From: an uncultured Gammaproteobacteria bacterium
GTDB lineage: Bacteria > Pseudomonadota > Gammaproteobacteria > Pseudomonadales > Ketobacteraceae
NCBI GenBank assembly: GCA_913063495.1
Contig: CAJXXT010000016.1
Location: 2,977-26,976, forward strand
Reading direction: 5' to 3'
Length of the DNA: 24,000 nucleotides
The translations under genes and the position numbers were made by a program. This document shows, one piece after another, positions 9,248 to 16,626 of this stretch; position 1 is the stretch's first letter; the number at the start of each line of letters is the position of its first letter. Under the pieces are notes generated by a model, which did no database searches, had not been told where the DNA came from, and saw nothing but the letters and a program-made list of their open reading frames with translations.

Positions 9248-9263
9248 AGCAAAGACGATGCCA
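9248..9263 (-). promoter_or_regulatory. Sigma54 (-24/-12) promoter for fliK
   Basis: The minus strand reads TGGCATCGTCTTTGCT with exact GG-N10-GC spacing. It starts 22 nt after the stop of the upstream gene and about 100 nt before the fliK ATG. Confidence 0.6.
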
Positions 9264-9284
9264 ACTTTTAATAAACAACCATTA

Positions 9285-9548
9285 CTACACGCCCAGACCG
9301 GAAATAGCACTGAGGATATTTTGAATAATACGGGTTAATTTAGGGTGATTTTCTTCATAAATAATGAGTTGCTTCTCTAACCCTTCAACCAACGCCTCTT
9401 CCCAATGATCCCCATCACCGTTGATCATTGACTCAATACGCCCAGCAAGCTCTTCTAACGCCTCTTTGTTTTCCTCATCAACCGAACTATCACCACCCAA
9501 TTGATCTCGTAATTCTTCTACCGACGTTTTTAGTGTTTCTTTAGGCAT
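9285..9548 (-). CDS. Small acidic helical protein, DUF4404-like
   Basis: 87 aa. The pattern MPKE..L...vE.LrdqL......deE....Leel..rIe.......dh....L.e.le......E..HP.l......i...ls.lGv resembles the DUF4404 family as I recall it. This was not verified by search. Confidence 0.5.
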   Translation of the reverse strand: MPKETLKTSVEELRDQLGGDSSVDEENKEALEELAGRIESMINGDGDHWEEALVEGLEKQLIIYEENHPKLTRIIQNILSAISGLGV

Positions 9549-9714
9549 GACCTACTCCTTTTATATGATAGGTATATAGCATAGTGTACTATCAGCCGAC
9601 GCATCTTGATAACCATCAGTATTTAACAATATGAAATACCGTTAGCATTTTTTGGTATTTCTTTATGTTGAATTCGTCTGTTAGAAAAGAAACCGTGATA
9701 AAAAGGAATAAACC

Positions 9715-10002
9715 ATGCCTCCAGCCGCCCGAATTGGCGATTTTCACATTTGCCCCCAATGGACAGGAATAGTGCCTCATGTGGGAGGGCCTATTGCTTT
9801 AGGGGAGCCTACGGTGTTGATTGCAGGTATGCCTGCGGCACGGATGGGTGATATGGCGATTTGTGTGGGGCCACCGGATAAAATTGCGAAAGGTAGTGCC
9901 ACGGTGAAGATTGGGAATAAGCCAGCCGCTAGGATGGGAGATACCACGGCTCATGGTGGGGTTGTGATTGTTGGAGCGCCTACGGTGATGATTGGGGGGT
10001 GA
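9715..10002 (+). CDS. PAAR-domain protein (stand-alone, 95 aa)
   Basis: Three PAAR motifs are present (PPAARIGD, MPAARMGD, KPAARMGD), with an ending TVMIGG typical of minimal PAAR spike-tip proteins. An AAGGAA RBS precedes the ATG. Confidence 0.9.
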   Translation: MPPAARIGDFHICPQWTGIVPHVGGPIALGEPTVLIAGMPAARMGDMAICVGPPDKIAKGSATVKIGNKPAARMGDTTAHGGVVIVGAPTVMIGG

Positions 10003-10291
10003 TAGTAATATTATTAGCCTCAATATGACGGCGCTTGTGGATCACGGTAATAATAGAAACTTGATCGCTGTATACATGATAAATAATCCGCCACGATTGC
10101 ACGCTTACTTCTCGTATTAGGTCATCATTAACTTCCGGCACCACCTTTCCTATTGCCGGTAACTCAGCTAATGGCCCTGCTTTATCTAATATTCTATTGA
10201 CCACTTCCTTGGCATTTATCGGCGAATCTTCGGCAATGTAATCATGTATGTCTTTTAAATCAGTACGGGCACGGGGTGTCCAAACTACCAT
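9980..10291 (-). CDS. parE: Type II toxin, RelE/ParE family (ParE-like)
   Basis: 103 aa. Pattern W.P.A..DL..I.dYIa.dSP..A...v..I......L...P.iG....e......RE.....yRIiY......v.IitViHkRR. The start overlaps the antitoxin stop (ATGGTAG), indicating translational coupling. Confidence 0.8.
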   Translation of the reverse strand: MVVWTPRARTDLKDIHDYIAEDSPINAKEVVNRILDKAGPLAELPAIGKVVPEVNDDLIREVSVQSWRIIYHVYSDQVSIITVIHKRRHIEANNITITPQSSP

Positions 10292-10497
10292 TGCTCAATC
10301 TCATGTTTAAGGTCATCGTGAGAAATGACGTTACCCTCCTCAATATCCTTTATGCCTTGATGGATTTTATTAATCACGTAGAGGCGATAAACAATATCAT
10401 TAAAGTCTACGCTATCGGGAAGTTGTTCAATGGCCAGGAGAGCTTCTTGCTTTGCGTTTTGTGTTTGCATCGATTTATTCTCAAAGGTGTTAATCAT
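10285..10497 (-). CDS. Putative cognate antitoxin of the ParE-like toxin
   Basis: 70-aa ORF immediately upstream of the toxin, overlapping it by 7 nt. The call rests on size and position. The family was not identified by eye. Confidence 0.6.
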   Translation of the reverse strand: MINTFENKSMQTQNAKQEALLAIEQLPDSVDFNDIVYRLYVINKIHQGIKDIEEGNVISHDDLKHEIEQW

Positions 10498-10692
10498 CTT
10501 ACCTGCCAGCAGTAGTTAAGCGAAGTCATGCACTTTTCTGACACTTAAAGAGAGTTTACATGAATCTCCTGAGCCCATCACCTATCTTTATTAGGAGGCA
10601 AGGAGACGAAATTGAACGAAGGTTGGACTGCCTGAGTTGGTTTGAGCCACTTTATAAGTGATAACAAGATCCTTCTATCTTTAGAAACACAG

Positions 10693-10742
10693 AAAAATAA
10701 TGCCCGAAATGACACTTTTATGATATTTCGGGCATTATTTTT
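10693..10742 (-). terminator. Rho-independent terminator downstream of the lipase-like gene (symmetrical, potentially bidirectional)
   Basis: Perfect 18-bp inverted repeat AAAAATAATGCCCGAAAT / ATTTCGGGCATTATTTTT with a 14-nt loop. A/T runs flank both sides. It begins 21 nt after the stop at 10763. Confidence 0.8.
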
Positions 10743-10762
10743 CTCCAGTTTTTCCTATCAAA

Positions 10763-12112
10763 CTAAAACCCTGAATTGACCAGATGACGAGCTACCTGTT
10801 CATAGAAATCGGCTGAACCACCATTGTAGGGTGCGGCTTCACGATAACCAGGCCCCGATATTAACGTGTCATCATTGCGACCGGTCACATACATGTGATG
10901 ATAACCCCGACCAAACAGGCGCCCTTTTAGTGTAGCAACGTGAGACATGTTCGGATAACCCAGCAAATCCAGACGTTGTGATTTCACTGTGGTATAGCCA
11001 TCATTTGCACCTAAAGCCCCCCAAATTAAAAAGAAATTCGCAGCCTCCAGGTTACTCCACAAATTAAAATCCCAATTACGTATTTTTGTGGCCCAACTGA
11101 AATATTGAACACCATTATCGCGTTCATTTGATGCATTGACCAAGACATCCCACTTATTTTCATCCCCGACAAAATCAATAAGTTCTGACCAACTTTGTTG
11201 AAAGCTCATATTATCAAAGGGGTAACCCAGCATGTACTTTCGTGAAAGATTCGTCAGGGAGTGTACATAATGACGATACATACCCAGCTCATCGAGATTA
11301 CTTTCTCCAAAGTCCGGCGTTTCCATCAAATCATAAGTATCCCCTTGTTTCCACAACCCTGCTTGCACTTCTTGCTTCAGTGAACCCCAGGCCAGATCGT
11401 TGCCATAATCTGCCCATCCATTACCCGCTACCACATTGCTAAGATAAATAACGTCCAGCAATAACGATGCACCTACAGTTCCACGATTTTCTCCAACGAG
11501 TCCAACAAATGCAGCCACTTTATCGCGCATTAAACCTTGGCTTGGATCATCGTCAGAAACAGGTAAACGAGCAATCATATAACGACCGTCCTGGGAGCCT
11601 TGTGACATACCAAAAATATTCACCTTGCTTGCCCCAGTTTCTTCCAGTGCCTGCAGAACAGTATTTCGCAATGAACGAGCTCGAGCAGCATTACTTGCGT
11701 AGGGTGGTTTATCGGCAATATAAACTGGAACACCACAATGTTCCTCTAGCCGAGTAACAATCTCCGCACTGAAATAGCGGTGATAGGCGTTTAGGTTTCG
11801 GGTTAATTCGCTATTGTGAACATTGTAGTTTCTTGGGGGAAGGTCACGCTCCTCCACAGGTACTTCCCAGCGAGTGCAGCTCTGCCCCCCTGTTCCATCA
11901 CCCACCCATTCCGCACACAAGTGGCTTGATTCTCTTTTCTCACAATCCTTTCCGTCCACATTATCAGGGCATATTTTTCGCATACTCCAATGATGCGAAA
12001 GCACAACAGGGTATTTTGTTTTACAGCTTAGGTCTTCGACAGCAAAAGCTGCATTCATTGTTGTTAAGGTAGTGAGCAGGCCTAACAGGAGCACAAGTGG
12101 TTTCGATCGCAT
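10763..12112 (-). CDS. Secreted lipase-like alpha/beta hydrolase (Sec signal peptide; family-I-lipase-like motifs)
   Basis: 449 aa. Signal peptide MRSKPLVLLLGLLTTLTTMNAAFA. Oxyanion-region-like YPVVLSHHW. Nucleophile elbow G-M-S-Q-G at 11597-11611. NDGYTTVKS resembles the Asp-bearing NDGLVS motif of true lipases, with downstream His residues (GYHHMYV). Six Cys sit in the N-terminal third. AAGGA RBS. Confidence 0.7.
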   Translation of the reverse strand: MRSKPLVLLLGLLTTLTTMNAAFAVEDLSCKTKYPVVLSHHWSMRKICPDNVDGKDCEKRESSHLCAEWVGDGTGGQSCTRWEVPVEERDLPPRNYNVHNSELTRNLNAYHRYFSAEIVTRLEEHCGVPVYIADKPPYASNAARARSLRNTVLQALEETGASKVNIFGMSQGSQDGRYMIARLPVSDDDPSQGLMRDKVAAFVGLVGENRGTVGASLLLDVIYLSNVVAGNGWADYGNDLAWGSLKQEVQAGLWKQGDTYDLMETPDFGESNLDELGMYRHYVHSLTNLSRKYMLGYPFDNMSFQQSWSELIDFVGDENKWDVLVNASNERDNGVQYFSWATKIRNWDFNLWSNLEAANFFLIWGALGANDGYTTVKSQRLDLLGYPNMSHVATLKGRLFGRGYHHMYVTGRNDDTLISGPGYREAAPYNGGSADFYEQVARHLVNSGF

Positions 12113-12535
12113 AACATCGTCCTTTTTGAGTGATCAAAGATTAATCCAAGGTTTCATAGCTGATGGTTTTTTTTGAGTCGCCACGAAGAAAGGGGCGCAG
12201 CATACAGTCGTAATAAGCATTTTTCTTGGATTTTCTGATCAGCATTTGCTTGCAATTTACCTACTGAACATTCACTTACTAAATAATGAGTAGCCTCAAG
12301 ACCTGTGTTTTCATCACAATTTGACCAATAAACGATAAATTATCAAACAAAATAAACCTTATAAACGCCTGATAATCCCATACATAGAAGCAATAAAAAC
12401 GCACCTTTCTTTACGCCTCTTCTGTCTTTATACGAATATAAGCCAAAGATACATCAGTAAATCTAGCACCGCGTATAGAAAACACTCAAAACATCAGTGA
12501 CACATCTAAGTTCAAAGAAACATTCAAAGGAATAA

Positions 12536-14557
12536 ATGATGAAATTTAAAACGGGAATAATACTCGCAAGCTCAATCTTGCTTACCGCATGTGGTGGTGG
12601 CGGAGGCGGAGGAGGTGGATCAACAACAGCACAACTTAACAATAACGAGACCCCTACTACTCCAGAAACACCTTCAGCCAGAATTCAAGTGTCAGCTCAA
12701 AATGGGGAGATGTCCTTACAGTGGCCTGAAACCGAAGTGAACGGGAACACCGCTGAATGCTACAGAGTATCGGTAAGAGGAAACGAAAACGAAAACTACC
12801 AAGAAGTAGAAAGTTGCCTAGAAAACGCGTCATTTACGACCAAACTTAGCGTGATACACACCGATATAGCCGGAATAAGTTATTTGATAGAAGCTTGCGA
12901 CAACACCGGTGCCTGTGAAGAGATTGACAATGTTACGCTGGAAAATGAAAAAGAAAATTTGGTAGAGAAAATCCCCCTCCCATCAGTACCAGGGCTTGAA
13001 GAGTTTGGCTACCGTACCTACCTGTACACCCCTAACGGGTCATACGTTAGAGCATCATTTGAGGCTGATCAACTTAACCATATTCTATCAGAGGATGAAT
13101 CTACGCTAGTTTACCTTTTAAACCATGATTCCTCAACTGGAACAGGTGTGTATGCAGACCCCACACAAGGCAGGAGCATAGATAACGCTACAGATCAAGC
13201 TCTAGCCAAATCGGGTGCAATCCTTGTAACTAAAAAACAAGGTAACGAATGGGTTTTTGACACCTTCATTAAACCACCTACCCTTGAAAACTCTCCATTT
13301 GTGAGGCGCGTATATCACGCTGGCAAGAACTGGAGTAACCTTATAGATAGCTTTCCAGACGGTTTAAAACTTAGCACAGATGGCAACTCCATCGCGGTTA
13401 CACTGCCTGAGTGCGGCGAAATAGAAGTACCCCGCCCCCAAGTATCTTTCGAATGCATACTATCCATTGTGACTTATAAAAGGAAAGATGGGGTCTGGGA
13501 GCTAACAGAAAAAATCAGAATAGCAGATTCAAGAGATGATGCTTATCTCACAGGAAGCCCCTTCCTTTATGCGGAGGAAACTATTGTTATGAGCGGTGAT
13601 GGAAAGACCATACTATTTGATCAGAAAAGGCCTGAACTTAGACCGTACTTTACCGGTATTGTAAATTACCCCTACCCAGACCAATTTAATGGGCACCTTA
13701 TAGAATCAAGTTATTCTGAAAACTACACACCAATCGTTTCGCGAAGATCAGTGGCCGAAGTACTTAACTTTGACGACCCCATCAATGGCTGGACCATTCA
13801 GGCAAGCATAAGACCAGCTCACGATGGGCTTCACCCATCTTACAGAAAGCTTAGCTACGATGGCAGCCTAATAATAGGTTTGGATCGCGGAATCCAACCC
13901 GACACTTTTCATACATTTAAACGAAACAACAACGTCTATCCTCCAATTTGGGAGAAAATTGATTCACCCCCATTCAATTACGTAGGCATAGGTATAGGTT
14001 CCCTTGTAACCAATATTTCGGGTTCAAGCGTGATGTATAACATCAATGGTGATGGAACAATTCAACACCCGATTTTTAAAATAATCGATGGTGTCTACAC
14101 TCCCGACGGAGAGCTTCCCCAACTAACGATCAATAACAAACCTTTTGCATATCCAGGAGAAATTTCGCCAAGCCTTCTCCCAGGCAATGAAAGTGACTAT
14201 GAGATGATAATAAATTCAACTGGTGACGAAATACTTGTCCTAGCAGGAGAAGGTTTTAACACTGGCTCAGAAGTGGAAATACAGATAAGCCGAGAATATA
14301 AAGGGTATGTGAAAATGGACGAGCTAATGTTTAACAACATACACCACATTGAAGATGCCTTTGATAACTCAATTGAAGGTGGGAACAGCACCGGCTATTA
14401 TTTACATTTCAAAAAAGAGAATGCTGAATGGGGGCTTATTGGCCTGATCGCACTTCCAGATCGTAATCCTAACTGGTACACTCATCGGCTTGGCGCTGGA
14501 ATGCCAGTTCAATTTTTAGAGGATGGAATCCTTGTAACTGGAAACATCTATAGATAA
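12536..14557 (+). CDS. Large lipoprotein with poly-Gly tether, FN3-like N-domain and degenerate FG-GAP-like beta-propeller repeats
   Basis: 673 aa. Lipobox LLTAC is followed by G9S. Recurrent blade-like motifs are LSEDESTLVYL, LSTDGNSIAVT, MSGDGKTILFD, LSYDGSLIIGL and NSTGDEILVLAGEG. Each is followed by a g.W....i segment (GNEWVFDTFIKP, DGVWELTEKIRI, NGWTIQASIRP, NAEWGLIGLIALP). Confidence 0.6.
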   Translation: MMKFKTGIILASSILLTACGGGGGGGGGSTTAQLNNNETPTTPETPSARIQVSAQNGEMSLQWPETEVNGNTAECYRVSVRGNENENYQEVESCLENASFTTKLSVIHTDIAGISYLIEACDNTGACEEIDNVTLENEKENLVEKIPLPSVPGLEEFGYRTYLYTPNGSYVRASFEADQLNHILSEDESTLVYLLNHDSSTGTGVYADPTQGRSIDNATDQALAKSGAILVTKKQGNEWVFDTFIKPPTLENSPFVRRVYHAGKNWSNLIDSFPDGLKLSTDGNSIAVTLPECGEIEVPRPQVSFECILSIVTYKRKDGVWELTEKIRIADSRDDAYLTGSPFLYAEETIVMSGDGKTILFDQKRPELRPYFTGIVNYPYPDQFNGHLIESSYSENYTPIVSRRSVAEVLNFDDPINGWTIQASIRPAHDGLHPSYRKLSYDGSLIIGLDRGIQPDTFHTFKRNNNVYPPIWEKIDSPPFNYVGIGIGSLVTNISGSSVMYNINGDGTIQHPIFKIIDGVYTPDGELPQLTINNKPFAYPGEISPSLLPGNESDYEMIINSTGDEILVLAGEGFNTGSEVEIQISREYKGYVKMDELMFNNIHHIEDAFDNSIEGGNSTGYYLHFKKENAEWGLIGLIALPDRNPNWYTHRLGAGMPVQFLEDGILVTGNIYR

Positions 14558-14745
14558 TCAACAAAGAAGTACCAGCTCCGCTTGCAACATAGTGGGGCTG
14601 ATACCTTATCTACAATATAAAGCCAGCACCCCTACCAGTTACAACAAAAATAACTCTTTCTTTTCAGTAACGTATTTTTGTTTTATCTTTGCGGTTACCA
14701 ATCAACATCGATGGCTTTGAATGTAATTGGAGCTGCTGCACTTTC

Positions 14746-14771
14746 ACAAAAGGGTCTCCAATTGAAGACCC
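14746..14771 (-). terminator. Rho-independent terminator at the end of the pilus-like operon
   Basis: The minus strand reads GGGTCTTCAATTGGAGACCC followed by TTTTGTG. It lies 37 nt after the stop at 14808. Confidence 0.6.
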
Positions 14772-14807
14772 TAATTATGAAGCATTGAACCGTACTTAAT
14801 TAGGTGC

Positions 14808-15803
14808 TCATTCCTCCGGAAGCTTACAATACAACGCCATCGTAAGGGTTGCATCATGACCACCACAGGAAGTTAGGTCTTCTCTCTTTATATTATCTGC
14901 ACCATCATTCTTTTTACAATCCCAAGTAATCGCACCAGTCTCTTCATTTTCTTTAGAAGTGCATTTTTTATGTATTGATTGTAACCGGAACGTCCAAGCA
15001 ACATCAGTTCCTTCATCCGTATCTTCACGTACATCAAACCCTACAACTTCCTTCCACGTCTTACCGTTATCTTTTAACTTTGCTTTTTTAGCAGCACAGG
15101 TCAACGATGAAGTAATCGCATAACCAGCCTCTTTCCCTTCCTCGCATACTGGCTTGAGTATTGTTGTTTTATATTGCCCGCCTTCAACTTCAACATCAAC
15201 TTCATCAGCACAATACCAATACCAGCCCCACCAAGACCATTTCCATTTTGCACACTCTTTATCAGTATCTTCCGCATAATTAAACATAGGTACTATTGTG
15301 AATGCTCGATTTCCATAGGTGTCAACAAAAGAACGTACAGTCGCCCAATCACCGTTTGTAGAAAGCAACGAGCCTCTGTCCAATGAATCTACAATAAAAG
15401 GCACCCACTTTTTTGGAACATCCTGGGTAACCGCGTATACACCGCCACTGTCCTCACAAGAAAAAAACAGCTCTTTTCCCCAACCATTCACCAAGTCATC
15501 TGATGCTGTCATATACACACCATCAAAACCTATAATTTCTTTACCTGCCCCCCCTCCTTCAGCATTAGATGTAGCATTTGCAGATACACAGCCATCATCA
15601 TAAGGCCAGCCCCCACTAACCCGAGAAAACTCGTAAGCAGCATTAATCACATCATAGGTTCTTGCAATCGATAACGCTGCGGCACGCTGGTCACTGAATA
15701 TTTTACTCGGTGCAAACAACACCGCTGACAACATACTGAGAGACGTCACAACAACCAAAAGCTGAATCAATGTGAATCCACGACTAAACCGCTCTACATT
15801 CAT
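14808..15803 (-). CDS. Large minor prepilin-like protein lacking Glu5 (GspK-like position and size), Cys- and Trp-rich
   Basis: 331 aa. Prepilin signal MNVERFSRG|FTLIQLLVVVTSL has Gln, not Glu, at mature position 5. It has 10 Cys, the motif KWKWSWWGWYWYC (15210-15248) and a C-terminal ...ALYCKLPEE. It is the last gene of the operon. Confidence 0.75.
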   Translation of the reverse strand: MNVERFSRGFTLIQLLVVVTSLSMLSAVLFAPSKIFSDQRAAALSIARTYDVINAAYEFSRVSGGWPYDDGCVSANATSNAEGGGAGKEIIGFDGVYMTASDDLVNGWGKELFFSCEDSGGVYAVTQDVPKKWVPFIVDSLDRGSLLSTNGDWATVRSFVDTYGNRAFTIVPMFNYAEDTDKECAKWKWSWWGWYWYCADEVDVEVEGGQYKTTILKPVCEEGKEAGYAITSSLTCAAKKAKLKDNGKTWKEVVGFDVREDTDEGTDVAWTFRLQSIHKKCTSKENEETGAITWDCKKNDGADNIKREDLTSCGGHDATLTMALYCKLPEE

Positions 15804-15810
15804 CAGTTAA

Positions 15811-16611
15811 TCACTCACAGTACACAATATAGTCAAAACGAAGTTCATTACATCCATTCCCACTAGAAAACTCATCAGGAGCATCAGCATAACTAACTTC
15901 TAACTTAGCATTCCAATGCTCCACATCATCAATTTCTGTGTCTGTCACGTTAACCCTGTATCCACCAAGGTGCTTGGGATTAAATATACCCTCCGCGCCC
16001 TCTGGGTCAGATTTAACACACACACTTTTTATCATTGTGCTTAGCCTTGGTCGACGACATGCGGGTTTTTCAATATCGGAGTCTAAGATTCCATCGACAG
16101 AACCTGATTCAATTAACTGAGCCACCCTTGGTTTCGGAATATATAATTTAACCTTACTGTCAGATATTGATGCTGAAGGTAATAATGAAGCCACCCATCG
16201 GGCCCGCTCTTTTTCTTTATCAGTAGCAATCGCCCCACTCTTAAAATCATATTCAATGATTAAAACAGGCGTTCGCCCCCTTAATTGCAGGCAAGAAAAC
16301 ACATATTTATCTTCATTTCTAATTTCAGCAAAGTACCCACCAGCCTTTAAAACAGTAAACCCATCTGAACAGGATGTTGTACCATCCACGACCTCTTCTT
16401 CCCCTGGCCAAACGCCATCAATATTCTGTACATAAGCTCTAGTGGAATTGCTTAACGTCATAAATTCAGAAACATGAAAATCCACCAATTTTTCTTCTGT
16501 ATGAGCTAGAAACATTTGAGAAAAAAACACAACGGAAGCAACAAGCAGCGCTGAAACCACCATCATTTCTACTAAGGTAAAACCACGAGACCTATTTGAA
16601 TACATATTCAT
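15811..16611 (-). CDS. Minor prepilin-like protein (about 266 aa) with Cys-rich C-terminal module
   Basis: Prepilin signal MNMYSNRSRG|FTLVEMMVVSALLV. ATG at 16611 is preferred to the TTG at 16623. It has 6 Cys and ends YIVYCE. Its N-terminal globular part is paralogous to that of the 331-aa protein (GxWP...C...F(S)C...(R/K)WV). Confidence 0.75.
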   Translation of the reverse strand: MNMYSNRSRGFTLVEMMVVSALLVASVVFFSQMFLAHTEEKLVDFHVSEFMTLSNSTRAYVQNIDGVWPGEEEVVDGTTSCSDGFTVLKAGGYFAEIRNEDKYVFSCLQLRGRTPVLIIEYDFKSGAIATDKEKERARWVASLLPSASISDSKVKLYIPKPRVAQLIESGSVDGILDSDIEKPACRRPRLSTMIKSVCVKSDPEGAEGIFNPKHLGGYRVNVTDTEIDDVEHWNAKLEVSYADAPDEFSSGNGCNELRFDYIVYCE

Positions 16612-16626
16612 AAAGACTACCAAATA

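Noticed and set aside
9633-9661. Hairpin GAAATACC-N13-GGTATTTC in the DUF4404/PAAR divergent spacer, as a possible terminator
   Set aside because: No upstream gene reads into it on either strand. It is more likely incidental, or an operator or 5'-UTR structure. The evidence is insufficient to call it.
9799-10023. 74-aa ORF antisense to the PAAR gene
   Set aside because: It is a His/Arg/Pro-rich shadow of the Gly/Ala/Met-rich PAAR frame and has no independent support.
10763-12112. Lipase-like protein as a T6SS Tle-type effector delivered by the nearby PAAR, with the adjacent lipoprotein as its immunity protein
   Set aside because: The protein has a strong cleavable Sec signal peptide, which T6SS effectors normally lack. 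The lipoprotein (673 aa) is far larger than Tli-type immunity proteins. A TA module and a terminator separate the genes from the PAAR gene.
12588-12620. Gly9-coding tract as a slipped-strand phase-variation switch
   Set aside because: The DNA uses mixed GGT/GGC/GGA codons rather than a homopolymer or perfect short repeat. Any slippage of codon units would stay in frame.
14558-15803. Shufflon-like DNA inversion system at the 3' end of the tip pilin gene (as in R64 pilV)
   Set aside because: I found no repeated inverted sfx-like sequences, no alternative C-terminal cassettes and no recombinase gene.
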